Source of the DNA: Myxococcota bacterium
GTDB lineage: Bacteria > Myxococcota_A > UBA9160 > JAFDET01
Assembly (NCBI GenBank): GCA_028278065.1
Contig: JANQFA010000022.1
Coordinates: 13,038 to 77,037, forward strand
Direction: 5' to 3'
DNA: 64,000 nt
Part shown: positions 18,006 through 31,174 of the stretch, in pieces
Numbering within the stretch: position 1 is the first letter of the stretch
Layout of the letters: every line of letters begins with the position of its first letter
Notes under the pieces: model-generated
What the model saw: only the letters and a program-made list of their open reading frames with translations
Databases searched by the model: none
What the model was told of the DNA's origin: nothing
Program-made: the position numbers and the translations under genes

Positions 18006-18554
18006 TCAGGTCACCACGACCACGTAGGCCTCGATCTCCCGCTCCTCGTCGAAGAGCGGAATCTCGAGAAGCAGTCGGGCGCCGCCTCGCTCGTCGGGGG
18101 CGGTGACGCTCTCCAACGCCGCCGGCACGGCCTGCTCGGTGAGGATCGGAACCGAGGGAATCACCACCGCACCCAGGGTGTCGGCGATCGCCGACACGTA
18201 GTGCGATACGAGGATGTTCCCCGTCTCGCGTACGGCGGACTCCACCGCGCTCTCCGCCTCGTAGGCGGCGGCGCCCATGATCTCGGTGACGATCACCTCG
18301 AGCGACGGTCGCGAGAAGACGATGCCGAGCATCCCTTCGACACCGCCCTGCAGCTCGAAGAAGACCGCCGTGCCGTCCTGGGCGACGCTCCGCGCGCGCA
18401 GCGCCGGCCGCTGCAGCAGCGACTCGGCGCGAGCGGCGTCGATCCGGATCGGGCGATTCACCAGGGAGGCCAGCGCGGCGGCGGCGTGACCCGCCCCGAT
18501 GTTGGCGAGCTCGCGCGCGCGGTCCGCGCCCCAGTCGAGATCCGCTCCCATCAT
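18006..18554 (-). CDS. cheC: CheC-like chemotaxis phosphatase
   Basis: Internal ATG at 18554 (ATGA overlap with the cheA stop). The two E-x2-N motifs are ELANIGAGHAA and RETGNILVSHY. Confidence 0.75.
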   Translation of the reverse strand: MMGADLDWGADRARELANIGAGHAAAALASLVNRPIRIDAARAESLLQRPALRARSVAQDGTAVFFELQGGVEGMLGIVFSRPSLEVIVTEIMGAAAYEAESAVESAVRETGNILVSHYVSAIADTLGAVVIPSVPILTEQAVPAALESVTAPDERGGARLLLEIPLFDEEREIEAYVVVVT

Positions 18555-20325
18555 GCCAGCTGCCCGACGTCGAGGAGAAAGACCGGCCGCCCGTCCCCCA
18601 TCACCGTGAGTCCCGCCAGCGCCCGGAGGCCGCGCAGGAGGGGCGGCGCCGACTTCACGTAGATCTCGGCCTGCCCGTCGAGCCGCTCGACCCGGAGGCC
18701 CACGCGCTGGCCGCGCATCTCCACGATGACGAGTGGAACGAGCGCACGCCGTCCCGCATCGGGCGCCGACTCCCAGCCCACGCAGCTCCCCAGGTCGAGC
18801 ACCGCCAGCGGCTCGTCGTCCACCATCGCGAAGCTCTCGTGTCCGGCGACTTCGATGTCCTCGGCCGGAAGCTCGATCAGCCGCTCCACCTTGGCGATGG
18901 GGATGGCCACCGGCTCCCCGGCGACCCGCACCACCAGCACACGCTGCACGGCGGCGGTGATCGGCACGACGAGTGCGGTGGAGGTGCCCCGTCCGGGCTC
19001 GGTGGCGATCTCGATGTGGCCGCCCAGGGACTCGATCGTGGTCTTGACCGCGTCCATCCCCACGCCGCGGCCCGAGATCTCGGAGATCTGCGCGGCGGTC
19101 GAGAGGCCGGGATGAAAGACCAGGGCGGCGATCTCGTGGGGCGGGAGGTCGTCCGCGAGGTCTGGATGGAGGAGTCCCGCCTCGACCGCCCGGCTCCGCA
19201 CCCGCTCGAGATCGATGCCGCGTCCGTCGTCCGACACCGCGATGCGGATCGAGTCGCGCTCGCGGCGCGCTGCGATCTCGATCCGACCCACCTCCGGCTT
19301 GGCCGCCGCGCGCCGCTCGGCCGGCAGCTCGAGGCCGTGGTCCACCGCGTTGCGCACCAGGTGGCCCAACGGGTCGGCGAGGCGGTCGAGGATCGAGCGG
19401 TCCAGCTCCAGCTCCGCCCCGTCGATTTCCACCTCCACGCGACGCCCGGTTCTCTGGGCGATGTCCCGCGCCACCCTCGGCAGCGTCTCGATCACGCGGA
19501 GGAGGGGCGTGGTGCGCAGGGCCAGGGCGCGTCGCTGCAGCTCGCCCACCACCCGCTCCATGCGGTCGAAGCCGTTGGCCACGGCGGGCCGCGCCGGCAG
19601 GCCGCTCGATGCGGCGGCGTTGCGCAGCTGGCTGGTGCTGAGGATGACCTCGCCCACCGAGGAGAGGAAGCGATCGAGGGTCTCGGTGCGGACCCGCACC
19701 TGCGGCGAGGGCGCGGGCGCCGCGGGCGTCTCCTCGGGGACGCCGCCCCGCGAGGGCGCCGCGGGCGTCTCTTCGGGGACGCCGCCCCGCGAGGGCGCTC
19801 CCGGCGCCTGTTCGGTCGCGACGCCCGGGGAGCCCGCGGCCGCAGCCCTCTCCGCTGGAAAGCTGCCCGGGGAGGCCGCCGTCGGCTCGGACGGCGCGGT
19901 GGTCCGCGCGGGCGACTCGGCGTCGCCTACGGAAGCGCTTTTTTTGCCCCGCCTCCGTCGGCGGACAGCGCGGCCATGAGATCGGCGTCCGCGGCCGGTG
20001 CCTCCCCCGTCGAGCGCACGGTTTCGACGCCCTGCTCCAGGGCCTCGAGCCCCCGGAAGAGGAGTGCGAGGTCATCGGCTCCGTGCACCCGCCCGGCCGC
20101 GCGCACGCCCTCCATCCGATCTTCGAGCCGATGGGAGAGCTCGGAGATCGAGGTGTAGTCGAGCGACGCCGCCATGCTCTTGATGGAGTGCGCCATCCGG
20201 AACACCGTCTCGATGGCCTCGCCCGCGTTCGGGATCTTCTCCAGGACCAGCAGGGCGCGGCTCATCTCGGCGAGGTGCTCCGTCGCCTCCTCCAGGAAGA
20301 GGGCGCGGTACTTCGCCAGATCCAC
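18551..20325 (-). CDS. cheA: Chemotaxis histidine kinase CheA, reading frame interrupted at an A7 run (Hpt ORF 19927..20325; kinase frame 18551 up to 19945)
   Basis: Hpt domain (FRMAHSIKSMAA) is in one frame. Dimerisation, HATPase and CheW-like domains (MRVRTETLDRF...GRGVGMDAV...) are in the -1 frame. My manual translation shows the kinase frame is open upstream through the A7 run. A -1 shift there yields a continuous ~591-aa CheA. Confidence 0.85.
19705..19797. repeat. 39-bp tandem repeat x2.3 in the cheA linker (13 aa SRGGVPEETPAAP)
   Basis: Units at 19720-19758 and 19759-19797 differ by 1 nt, with a partial unit upstream. They are in frame with the kinase reading frame. Confidence 0.85.
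19939..19945 (-). other. A7 slippery run (A AAA AAA) at the cheA frame junction
   Basis: Minus strand reads GGAGG-cggggc-AAAAAAA-gcgcttccgta-GGCGAC-gccga-GTCGCC. The zero-frame stop TAG (19929-19927) lies 9 nt downstream. Confidence 0.6.
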
Positions 20326-20329
20326 GCGG

Positions 20330-20701
20330 CTAGTCCTGCTTCTCGATCGCCTTGCGGAGCGTGGAGACCACCAGGTCCGGCTTGAAGGGCTTCACGATGA
20401 AGTCCTTGGCGCCGGCCTTGAGCGCCTCCATCACCAGGGCCTCCTGGCCCAGGGCGCTGCACATGACGATCTTCGCCCCGGGGTCCAGCTCGACGATGCC
20501 CTTCACCGCCTCGATGCCCGACTTCTTGGGCATGACGATGTCCATGGTGATGATGTCCGGCGAGTGCTCCTTGAACAGCTCGATGGCGTCGTTGCCGTCG
20601 CCAGCCTCGGCGACGACCTCGAAGCCCTCCGGCTCGATGATCTCCTTGATCATCTCGCGCATGAACGATGCGTCGTCGGCCACCAACGTGCGCGCCTTCA
20701 T
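20330..20701 (-). CDS. cheY: Chemotaxis response regulator CheY
   Basis: Internal ATG at 20701 after GGGGGGGAGAC. The product [22 protein letters not shown]...DIITMDIVMPKKSGIEAV...FIVKPF is a canonical receiver. Confidence 0.9.
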   Translation of the reverse strand: MKARTLVADDASFMREMIKEIIEPEGFEVVAEAGDGNDAIELFKEHSPDIITMDIVMPKKSGIEAVKGIVELDPGAKIVMCSALGQEALVMEALKAGAKDFIVKPFKPDLVVSTLRKAIEKQD

Positions 20702-21177
20702 GTCTCCCCCCCGTGTTCGGAATCGTTGAATCCACCCAGAGCCGCGGCACCGATGAGATCGGCCGCACGGCTGCACAGCATCTCCGCGTCCAGGACGCCG
20801 GTCACCCGGCCGTCGATGGGAATGCGCACCGTCAGCATCCCCGGGCTGCGCGCGCCCGACGGCTCGACGTCGGCGAGCCCGAGCACGCGCTCCACCGGAA
20901 TGCCCAGGCGCGGCTCACCGCCGGAGCGTTCCGCCACCACCACCACGTGCTCCGGCTTCGTCTCGGGCCCGTCCGGCAGATCGAGGAGCCGCGCCGCCGA
21001 GACCACGGGAAGCGCGTCGCCGTGGTAGTGCATCACGCCACCTACGCTGCGGGGGAGGCTGGGGACCGGACCCACCGCGCCCGGCTCGCTCACTTCGTGC
21101 ACGTCGAGGATCGGCAGGGCAAAGGCCGCGCTGCCGACCTCGAAGGTGAGGAGGCGCTCGCCGGATCCCGCACTCAC
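20698..21177 (-). CDS. cheW: Chemotaxis coupling protein CheW
   Basis: 159 aa. [21 protein letters not shown]...[11 protein letters not shown]. It has 4-nt overlaps with both neighbours. Confidence 0.85.
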   Translation of the reverse strand: MSAGSGERLLTFEVGSAAFALPILDVHEVSEPGAVGPVPSLPRSVGGVMHYHGDALPVVSAARLLDLPDGPETKPEHVVVVAERSGGEPRLGIPVERVLGLADVEPSGARSPGMLTVRIPIDGRVTGVLDAEMLCSRAADLIGAAALGGFNDSEHGGET

Positions 21178-22478
21178 GGCGCATCCCCCTCGACTTCGCC
21201 GGTGCGGAACTGGCGCAGCACCTCGCGCAGCTCCTCGGACACATCGGTGACGCCGCGCGTGGACTCGACCAGCTCCTCCATGGCCCCGAGCTGCTCCCGG
21301 GTGGTTCCGGCGGCCTCGTCCATCGCCTTGGCGTTCCCCGCCGCGACGCGCGAGATCTCGTCCATCGACGACACCATGCGCGCGGCGTCGCTGGCCTGGG
21401 TGTCGGCCTTCAGGAAGATCTCTTCGGCGCGCTCCGAGGCCTCCCCCACGGCGGCGGCGATCTGCTCCAGGGACGACGCGATCGTGTTGAGGTCGTCGTG
21501 GCCCTCGTTGATCACCTGGCCGGACTCGCGCATCTCGTCGGCCACCTTCTGGGTGTCGTTCTCGATCTCCTGGACGAGCTTCGAGATCTCCTCACCGCTG
21601 CGCGTCGCGCTCTCGGCGAGCTTGCGGATCTCGTCGGCGACCACCGAGAACCCACGACCCGCCTCCCCGGCGCGCGCCGCCTCGATGGAGGCGTTCAGCG
21701 AGAGGAGGTTGGTGCGCTGGGCCACGCTGGTGATGACCTCGAGGATCTGGTGCACCTGGCCGGTCTTGGCCTCCAGCTCGAAGACCTTGACCCCGGACTG
21801 CTCCACCCTTTGGAAGACGGTCTTCATCTTCTCGAGGGCGAGACGCGAGACGTTCACGCCGGTGTGCGCCTTCTGGTTGGCCTCGGCCGCGAAGCCGAAC
21901 GCCTCGCGCGCGCGCGAGGCGTTCTGGTCGATGGCCTGGGCGATCTCGTTGATGAGGCGGCCCGCGTCGACGAGGAGCTGCTGCTCCTGGGAGACGCTGT
22001 CGGCCACGCCGGCGACGGTCGAGGAGATGCCCTCGTTGTTGGAGGAGAGCTCCTGGGCGGAGCGCGCCAGGTCCATCGCCGCACCGGTCGCACGGTCGGC
22101 GGTGTTCTGCACACGGCCCACGAGGCTGCGCAGGCGCTCGGCCATCGCCTGCACGCTACGGGCCAGATCGTGGGTCTCGTCCGGGAAGCGCGCCTCGCGC
22201 ACGTCCACCCGGGCGGTCAGGTCGCCCGCGCTGATGCGGTCCGTGGCCGCGCGCAGGGACTGGAAGTTGCCCGCCAGCTCGCGCGAGAGGAAGAAGCCCA
22301 TCACGCCGCCCACTCCGATCGCCACGAAGAGCGAGACCCAGGGCGCGACGGCGATGCCGAACGCGCGCAGGACGCTCGGGAACCCGATGGCCATGGCGGC
22401 CAGGCAGGTCGATCCCAGCACGAACTTGTACGAGAGCGACAGACGCACGGGGGGCTCATCGGCACCGGGGGGGTGCAT
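21174..22478 (-). CDS. Methyl-accepting chemotaxis protein (two TM helices with almost no periplasmic loop, HAMP, MA domain)
   Basis: HAMP segment ([22 protein letters not shown]) and the highly conserved signalling tip ([38 protein letters not shown]). Confidence 0.9.
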   Translation of the reverse strand: MHPPGADEPPVRLSLSYKFVLGSTCLAAMAIGFPSVLRAFGIAVAPWVSLFVAIGVGGVMGFFLSRELAGNFQSLRAATDRISAGDLTARVDVREARFPDETHDLARSVQAMAERLRSLVGRVQNTADRATGAAMDLARSAQELSSNNEGISSTVAGVADSVSQEQQLLVDAGRLINEIAQAIDQNASRAREAFGFAAEANQKAHTGVNVSRLALEKMKTVFQRVEQSGVKVFELEAKTGQVHQILEVITSVAQRTNLLSLNASIEAARAGEAGRGFSVVADEIRKLAESATRSGEEISKLVQEIENDTQKVADEMRESGQVINEGHDDLNTIASSLEQIAAAVGEASERAEEIFLKADTQASDAARMVSSMDEISRVAAGNAKAMDEAAGTTREQLGAMEELVESTRGVTDVSEELREVLRQFRTGEVEGDAP

Positions 22479-22561
22479 CTTGACGATTTACCCAGGGATT
22501 CCGGGCGCCTGCGACCCGACGCGCGGGTCCTCCGCCCGCCTCCGGAGAGACCCTGAGAGGC

Positions 22562-23512
22562 CTAGAAGTGCGTCCACCCGCCGGCACCGCGGCGGCGCCT
22601 CGCGGGGCGCGCGGTGACCCGTCCGATCTCCGTCACCGGCAGCCCCAGGCGCGCCGAGAGGCGGGCAGCGCGGGGTCCAGCGGGCCGGACCGTGAAGAGG
22701 AGCTCCCAGTCCTCCCCGCCCGTCATGGCCAGCTTCAGCGGATCGAGGCCCAGGCGGCGGCAGGCGGGCCCGAAGCCACGCGGCGTCGGAAGCGCCTCCG
22801 GATCCAGCTCTGCCCCCAGGGGACCGCCCTGGGCCGCGTCCAGCAGGTGGCCGAGGTCGGCTTCGAGGCCGTCGGAGACGTCGATGCAGGCCCCGACCCG
22901 CGGCGTGCGGGCCAGCAGCCGGCCGGCCGCGAGGCGCGGCTCGGGCACCTGGCGGATCCAGCCGCCCCGCCGCGCCGCACGCGCCACCTCCAGGGCGGGC
23001 CCGCCCAGGGAGCCCGTGAGGAGGATCCGGTCGCCCTGCCGGGCGCCGCGCCGGGTCAGGATGCGGCCGGGCCGCGCGCTGCCGAGCACCGTGATGGTGA
23101 GCGAGGTCTCACGGGCCCGGCTCACGTTGCCGCCCACCAGGGGGCAGCCGTGCCGCTCGGCCTCCGCCGCGAGCCCACGAACCACGCCGTCGAGGGAGCG
23201 CAGCGAGAGGCCGGGCGGCGCGGCCAGCGCCAGCACGAAGCCGAGCGGCCGCCCCCCCATGGCCGCCAGGTCGGACAGGTTGGCGACCAGGGCGCGCCGC
23301 CCCACGGTGACGGCGGCGGTCGTCTTCCAGCGGAAGTGGACACCCTCCACGTGCGCATCGGTGCTGACCAGCAGGCGCTCGCCGGGCGGAGGCTTCAGCA
23401 CGGCGGCGTCGTCCCCGATCCCCAGCTCGACGGCGCGGCCGCTGCGGGACGCGATCCGCTCGATCCGAGCGATCACCCCGAACTCCCCGAGCTCGCCGAC
23501 AGTGCGGGCCAC
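22562..23512 (-). CDS. thiL: Thiamine-monophosphate kinase
   Basis: LGEFGVIARI...GIGDDAAVL...STDAHVEGVHF...VANLSDLAAMGG is the AIR-synthase-like ThiL pattern. Confidence 0.85.
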   Translation of the reverse strand: MARTVGELGEFGVIARIERIASRSGRAVELGIGDDAAVLKPPPGERLLVSTDAHVEGVHFRWKTTAAVTVGRRALVANLSDLAAMGGRPLGFVLALAAPPGLSLRSLDGVVRGLAAEAERHGCPLVGGNVSRARETSLTITVLGSARPGRILTRRGARQGDRILLTGSLGGPALEVARAARRGGWIRQVPEPRLAAGRLLARTPRVGACIDVSDGLEADLGHLLDAAQGGPLGAELDPEALPTPRGFGPACRRLGLDPLKLAMTGGEDWELLFTVRPAGPRAARLSARLGLPVTEIGRVTARPARRRRGAGGWTHF

Positions 23513-23600
23513 GCGCAGAGCCTAACGCCGTCAGGGGCCTCGGCGCTGGCCTGGATTCCGGCCCACGGCCTGGGCCGGCCACGGCAGGAGCCGGACGCCG

Positions 23601-26000
<2,400 letters not shown>

Positions 26001-26104
26001 CGTTCTGCGTCTTCGACGCAGAAGCGCGGCGACTTGAGAGCCCGGACTCCGGATGGGGCCCGCGGTCGGCTCCGGGTGCGAGAGCCGCCCGCCGGCTGGC
26101 GACC

Positions 26105-28219
26105 CTACTGCAGGTAGACGATCTGACCCGCGCGCACGCCCAGCAGGAAGGGCCGCTTCCGGGCGTTCCCGTCGGGCAGGATCGTGGTGACGCCGGACAC
26201 ACCGGGGTAGCCGCGCACGGTGAGCAGGCCCTCTCGGATCTCGTCGCGATCGCCGAGTCCGCGAGCCAGCTGCACCATCACCAGGTTCGCCGCGTCGAAG
26301 GCCTGGGCCGCGAGGACCCGAGGGCCCTCGCGATACGTGACGGTGTAGCGATCGCTGAACTCGCGTACGAAGGCAATGGGTGCGCCGGCGAAGAAGCTCT
26401 CGGTGAAGATCGCGCCCTCGACGTGGTAGTCGCCGACCTCGATCAGCTCCGGGTGGTTCCAGCCGCTCGGTCCCAGGAGCTGCACGCCGCCGACCTCGTG
26501 GAACGCGAGCTGCGGCGCGATCAGGCCCACCTTCTCATGTGCGTCGGCGATGAAGAGCGCATCGAAGTCGATGATGGGCGGGAGCGGCGCCTCATCGGGG
26601 CCCGTGATCAGTGCGGCCTCTTCGCGCAGCTCCGCCGCCTCCTCCGGACCGACGCGCTTGGCGCGGTTCAGGATACGCTTGCGCTCCTGCAGCGCGCCCT
26701 TCTGCTCTTCGTCGAGGAGCAGGAAGCCGGTGAGCCGGCGGATCGGCGTCTTGAAGTCGGTCGCCTCCGGCTCGTAGCGCGCCACGCCCACCACCTCGGC
26801 ACCGCGCGCTTCGACGGCGTCCCAGAAGAGGTTCTTCAGCCCGTGGCCGTAGGGATCGCGTGGATGCAGGATGGCGAAGCGGGCCAGGCCGAGGTTTCCG
26901 ACGGCGTGGTCGGCGAGGGTCTCCATCTCGGCTCGCGGCGTGAGCGCGACCCGGAAGGCGTTCTCGCGATCGGAGGCGACGCCCTCCCGCGGCGTGAGGG
27001 CGAGGAGCGGGATGCCGGCCGCCTCGGCGGCCTGGGCCGCCGCCTCGGCGGGGGCGGCGAGCAGCGGCCCCACGATCGCGAGTATCTCCGGGTCGGCGGC
27101 CAGCTGGCGCACCGCTTCGGCGGCGACGCGCGCATCGCCGCGCGAGTCCCGCACGACCAGGCGTACCCCTTCGCCGCCCTCCGAGAAGACGCCGGTCGCG
27201 AGCATCACCCCCCGCAGGCTGGCTTCGCCGAAGCGACCGAAGGGACCGGAGAGCGGCAGCACCACCCCGATCGTCCCGCGCGCTCCCTCGGTGCCGGGCG
27301 CCTCGAGCCGCGCCACCTCCTCGAAGCCCGGCAGGGGACCGGCGTCCGGGCCCAGCTCTCGGCGCGCGGCCACCCGGGCCGCCAGGGCTTCGCGCTCCTC
27401 CTGTGGCGCGCTCGGCGGCGCCAGCGCCTCGGCGCGCGCCAGCGCCTCCTCGGCGCCGGCCACGTCTCCGGTCCCGAGGCGCCGCCGCGCGAGGCGCATC
27501 CAGACCCGATCGGCCGGGGGCGCCTCGTCGAGCTCATCGGCCAGCGCCGCCAGGGCGTCGAGGTCCATTGCGGAGAGGAGCACGTCGATCTCGCGGTGGG
27601 CGGCCTCGCGCTCGATCCCGCTGCGGGCGCCGGACGCGAGCTGGCCCAGCCAGCGGAGCTGACCCACCCGATCCTCGCGGGCCGCCGCCACCTCGGCGAG
27701 CAGCCGATACGCCTCCGCCCGCTCGGCCGGAGGGAGGCGGCTCGGCCGGATCGCCGAGGCCACCCGGTAGGCCTCGTCGGTGCGACCCGCGTCGCCCTCG
27801 ATCCGCGCCAGGGCCAGCCGGATCTCGTCCGCGCGCCGCGCCCGCGGCTGCACTTCGAGCGCGCGGCGCAGGGTCCGCCGCGCACTCTCGACGTCGCCCG
27901 CGGCCGCGCGCAGCTCGGCCAGCTCGAGGGCGGCGTCACCGACGTGGGCTCCTCGCGGGTTCGCGCGCAGGTAGCCGGTGAGCGCGGCCTCGCGGATCGC
28001 CGGATCCGCCGCGATGGCGGCGCGGGTCTCCTCCCACGCGGCGTCCTGGACCCGCTTCGGACCGGGCGTGGGGGCGGCGCACGCCGCGAGCAGTGCGAGC
28101 ACGACGACCAGCGCGGCCCGCGGGCGCGCGCGGGAGACGCGGCTAGCCGAAGAGATCGCGGAGCTTCTCCATGAAGCCGCGCGAGACCGGGGAGACCTCT
28201 TCACCGCACTCCTCCGCAA
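26105..28219 (-). CDS. LpoA-like lipoprotein: N-terminal TPR region + type-1 periplasmic-binding (LivK-like) domain
   Basis: Lipobox LALLAAC, TPR-like Ala/Arg-rich helices, then [14 protein letters not shown]...ILAIVGPL typical of Peripla_BP_6. The annotated start overlaps dnaJ by 77 nt, so the true start is uncertain. Confidence 0.6.
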   Translation of the reverse strand: MRRSAVKRSPRSRAASWRSSAISSASRVSRARPRAALVVVLALLAACAAPTPGPKRVQDAAWEETRAAIAADPAIREAALTGYLRANPRGAHVGDAALELAELRAAAGDVESARRTLRRALEVQPRARRADEIRLALARIEGDAGRTDEAYRVASAIRPSRLPPAERAEAYRLLAEVAAAREDRVGQLRWLGQLASGARSGIEREAAHREIDVLLSAMDLDALAALADELDEAPPADRVWMRLARRRLGTGDVAGAEEALARAEALAPPSAPQEEREALAARVAARRELGPDAGPLPGFEEVARLEAPGTEGARGTIGVVLPLSGPFGRFGEASLRGVMLATGVFSEGGEGVRLVVRDSRGDARVAAEAVRQLAADPEILAIVGPLLAAPAEAAAQAAEAAGIPLLALTPREGVASDRENAFRVALTPRAEMETLADHAVGNLGLARFAILHPRDPYGHGLKNLFWDAVEARGAEVVGVARYEPEATDFKTPIRRLTGFLLLDEEQKGALQERKRILNRAKRVGPEEAAELREEAALITGPDEAPLPPIIDFDALFIADAHEKVGLIAPQLAFHEVGGVQLLGPSGWNHPELIEVGDYHVEGAIFTESFFAGAPIAFVREFSDRYTVTYREGPRVLAAQAFDAANLVMVQLARGLGDRDEIREGLLTVRGYPGVSGVTTILPDGNARKRPFLLGVRAGQIVYLQ

Positions 28220-29267
28220 ACGCCTCGAGCAGCTCCCGCGCCCGGGGGGTCAGCTTGCTGGGAACCTCCACGAAGATGCGGACGTACTGGTCGCCGCGGC
28301 CGCTCGTGTGCACGCTGGGAAGCCCCTTGCCGCGCAGCCGGAAGACCTTGCCGCTCTGGGTGCCCTCGGGCACCCGCAGGTCGACCTTGCCCTCGAGGGT
28401 CGGCACCTGCACCTCGCCACCGAACACGGCGGTGGAGAAGGGGATGGGAACCTCGCAGTGGATCTCCTGCCCGTCGCGCTCGAAGAGGGAGTGGGTCGCG
28501 ACCGAGATCACCACGTAGAGATCGCCGGGCGGCCCGCCGGAGATGCCGGCCTCTCCCTCCCCAGCCACCCGCAGGCGCATGCCGTCCTCGACGCCCGCGG
28601 GCACCCGGACGCTGATGGTCTGTTGTCCCTCGACCCGCCCCGCGCCGCGGCACGCGGCGCACGGGTTCCGCACGACCTCGCCCTGACCGCGACAGACGTC
28701 GCACGGGCGGCTCACCCGGAAGAAGCCCTGCTGGAGGATCATCTGGCCGCTGCCGCCGCAGTGTTGGCAACGCTCCGGCGAGGTGCCCGGCTCGGCACCG
28801 GATCCGCCGCAGGTCCCGCACGGGCGCATCTTGGGCAGCTTCAGCTTGGCGTCCATGCCCTCGAGGCTGTCCTCGAGGGTGATCTCCAGGTTGTAGCGGA
28901 GGTCTGCGCCGCGCTGGCCGCGGCCGCGCCGCCGCCCGCCGGCGCGCGCGGCGCCGAAGAGGTCCCCGAAGAGATCGTTGAAGACCTCGCCGAACCCGCC
29001 CAGGTCCCCGAAGTCGAAGCCGGGCGGGGCTCCGCTCTCGGCGCCCACCCCGGCGAAGCCGAACTGATCGTAGGCCCGCCGCTTCTCCGGGTCCGAGAGG
29101 ACCGCGTACGCCTCGGAGGCCTCCTTGAAGCGATTCTCCGCCTCGGCGTCGTCCGGGTTGCGGTCCGGGTGGTACTGGAGCGCGAGCTTCCGGTAGGCCT
29201 TCTTCAGGTCTTCGTCGCCGACGCCACGCTCGACGCCCAGGACCTCGTAGTAGTCGCGCTTCGCCAC
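28143..29267 (-). CDS. dnaJ: Molecular chaperone DnaJ
   Basis: J domain (DYYEVLGV...YHPDRNP), G/F region, and four CxxCxGxG zinc-finger repeats. Confidence 0.97.
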   Translation of the reverse strand: MAKRDYYEVLGVERGVGDEDLKKAYRKLALQYHPDRNPDDAEAENRFKEASEAYAVLSDPEKRRAYDQFGFAGVGAESGAPPGFDFGDLGGFGEVFNDLFGDLFGAARAGGRRRGRGQRGADLRYNLEITLEDSLEGMDAKLKLPKMRPCGTCGGSGAEPGTSPERCQHCGGSGQMILQQGFFRVSRPCDVCRGQGEVVRNPCAACRGAGRVEGQQTISVRVPAGVEDGMRLRVAGEGEAGISGGPPGDLYVVISVATHSLFERDGQEIHCEVPIPFSTAVFGGEVQVPTLEGKVDLRVPEGTQSGKVFRLRGKGLPSVHTSGRGDQYVRIFVEVPSKLTPRARELLEAFAEECGEEVSPVSRGFMEKLRDLFG

Positions 29268-29312
29268 GGGCCGGATTGTAACGGCCGGGCAGGGCGGCCG
29301 CAGGACGGGCGG

Positions 29313-31130
29313 CTAGGCGTCTCCGCCCAGGGTTTCGTACATCCTCTCGGTCATCTTGTACGAGAGGTCCGAGAGGTCCTCGATGGCGTGCCGCAGGGCC
29401 TCCACGTCCTCCCCCTCCGCGGCGCTCTCGGTGGTCGTCAGGGCCGCCTCCAGGTCGCTCCGCTCCTGCTCGTCGAGATGGTCACCGAACTCGGCCAGGG
29501 TGCGCCGGGTGGAGTAGACCAGGCCGCCCGCGTTGTTTCGCAGCTCCACCAGCTCGGCGCGCTCGTGGTCCTCCGAGGCGTGGGCCTCGGCCTCCTCGAG
29601 CAGGCGGTTCACCTGCTCCTCGCTGAGGCCGCTCGAGGCCGAGACGCGGATCTCCTGGCTCTTGCCGGTGCCCAGATCCTTGGCCGACACGTTGACCACG
29701 CCGTCGGTGTCGATGTCGAAGGTCACCTCGATCTGGGGAACACCGCGGGGTGCCGGCGGGATGTCGACGAGCTCGAAGCGACCCAGGGTCATGTTGTCCG
29801 CGGCCATGGGGCGCTCGCCCTGCAGCACGTGGATGCGCACGACGTTCTGGTTGTCCTCGGAGGTCGAGAAGACCTGCCCCTTCTTGGTGGGGATGGTCGT
29901 GTTCTTCTCGATGATCTTGGTAAAGACGCCGCCCAGGGTCTCGACGCCCAGGGAGAGTGGCGTCACGTCGAGGAGCAGCACGTCCTGGACGTCGCCCTTG
30001 AGCACGCCGCCCTGGATGGCGGCACCCACCGCGACCACCTCGTCCGGGTTGACGCCCTTGCGCGGCTCCTTGCCGAAGATCTCCGCGACCTTCTCCTGGA
30101 TGCGCGGGATCCGCGTCATGCCGCCGACCAGGATCACCTCGTCCACGTCGTCGCGACCCAGCCCCGCGTCGGTCAGCGCGGTCTCGCACGGCTCCACGAG
30201 CTGACCGATCAGATCCGCGACGAGCCCCTCGAAGGTCTCGCGGCTGAGCGTCAGATGCAGGTGCTTCGGCCCCTCGTCGTCGGCTGCGAGGAAGGGCAGG
30301 TTCACGTCGGTCGAGGTGGCCGACGAGAGCTCGTGCTTGGCCCGCTCGGCAGCCTCCTTCAGCCGCTGCAACGCCATCTTGTCCCCGGCCACGTCGAGCC
30401 CGGTATCGGACTTGAACGTCTCCATCAGGTGCTCGACGAGGCGCTGGTCGAAGTCCTCACCGCCCAGGTAGGTGTTGCCGTTGGTGCTCTTCACCTCGAA
30501 GACGCCGTCGCCCATCTCGAGGATCGAGATGTCGAAGGTGCCACCGCCGAGGTCGAACACGGCCACCCGCTTGCGCTCCTCCTCTTCGAGGCCATAGGCC
30601 AGCGCGGCTGCGGTCGGCTCGTTGATGATGCGCAGCACCTCGAGGCCCGCGATCTTGCCCGCCTCCTTGGTCGCCTGGCGCTGGGCGTCGTTGAAGTAGG
30701 CCGGCACCGTGATCACCGCCTCGGTGCAGGGCTCGCCCACGAAGTCCGAGGCGGTCTCCTTCATCTTCTGCAGGATCACCGAAGAGATCTCCTGGGGAGA
30801 GGCCAGGCGATCCTGCACCCGCACCCAGGCGTCGCCGTTGTCGGCGGCTTCGATCGGGAAAGGCGCGATCGCGGCGAACCGGTCGACGGTCTCATCGTCG
30901 CGCTTGCGCCCGATCAGACGCTTCACCGCGTACAGAGTGTGCTCGGGGTTGGTGACGGCCTGGCGCTTGGCGATCTGGCCGACCAGCTTCTCGCCGGCGT
31001 CGGTGAAGGCGACCATCGACGGAGTGGTGCGCGCCCCCTCCGCGTTGGCGATGACCTCCGGGTTCCCCCCTTCGATCACGGCCACGCACGAGTTCGTGGT
31101 CCCCAGGTCGATTCCGATGACCTTGCCCAT
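29313..31130 (-). CDS. dnaK: Molecular chaperone DnaK (Hsp70)
   Basis: Internal ATG at 31130. The product begins [22 protein letters not shown]... and contains [12 protein letters not shown]. Confidence 0.98.
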   Translation of the reverse strand: MGKVIGIDLGTTNSCVAVIEGGNPEVIANAEGARTTPSMVAFTDAGEKLVGQIAKRQAVTNPEHTLYAVKRLIGRKRDDETVDRFAAIAPFPIEAADNGDAWVRVQDRLASPQEISSVILQKMKETASDFVGEPCTEAVITVPAYFNDAQRQATKEAGKIAGLEVLRIINEPTAAALAYGLEEEERKRVAVFDLGGGTFDISILEMGDGVFEVKSTNGNTYLGGEDFDQRLVEHLMETFKSDTGLDVAGDKMALQRLKEAAERAKHELSSATSTDVNLPFLAADDEGPKHLHLTLSRETFEGLVADLIGQLVEPCETALTDAGLGRDDVDEVILVGGMTRIPRIQEKVAEIFGKEPRKGVNPDEVVAVGAAIQGGVLKGDVQDVLLLDVTPLSLGVETLGGVFTKIIEKNTTIPTKKGQVFSTSEDNQNVVRIHVLQGERPMAADNMTLGRFELVDIPPAPRGVPQIEVTFDIDTDGVVNVSAKDLGTGKSQEIRVSASSGLSEEQVNRLLEEAEAHASEDHERAELVELRNNAGGLVYSTRRTLAEFGDHLDEQERSDLEAALTTTESAAEGEDVEALRHAIEDLSDLSYKMTERMYETLGGDA

Positions 31131-31174
31131 CGCCTCTCCGGCCCCCCAACCGGGCCTTGGCAATGGGCCCGGGC

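Noticed and set aside
28143-28219. 77-nt overlap between the LpoA-like ORF start and the dnaJ 3' end as a possible functional overlap.
   Set aside because: This is more likely start-codon mis-assignment. The signal peptide begins about 27 codons downstream, although I could not find a canonical start codon there.
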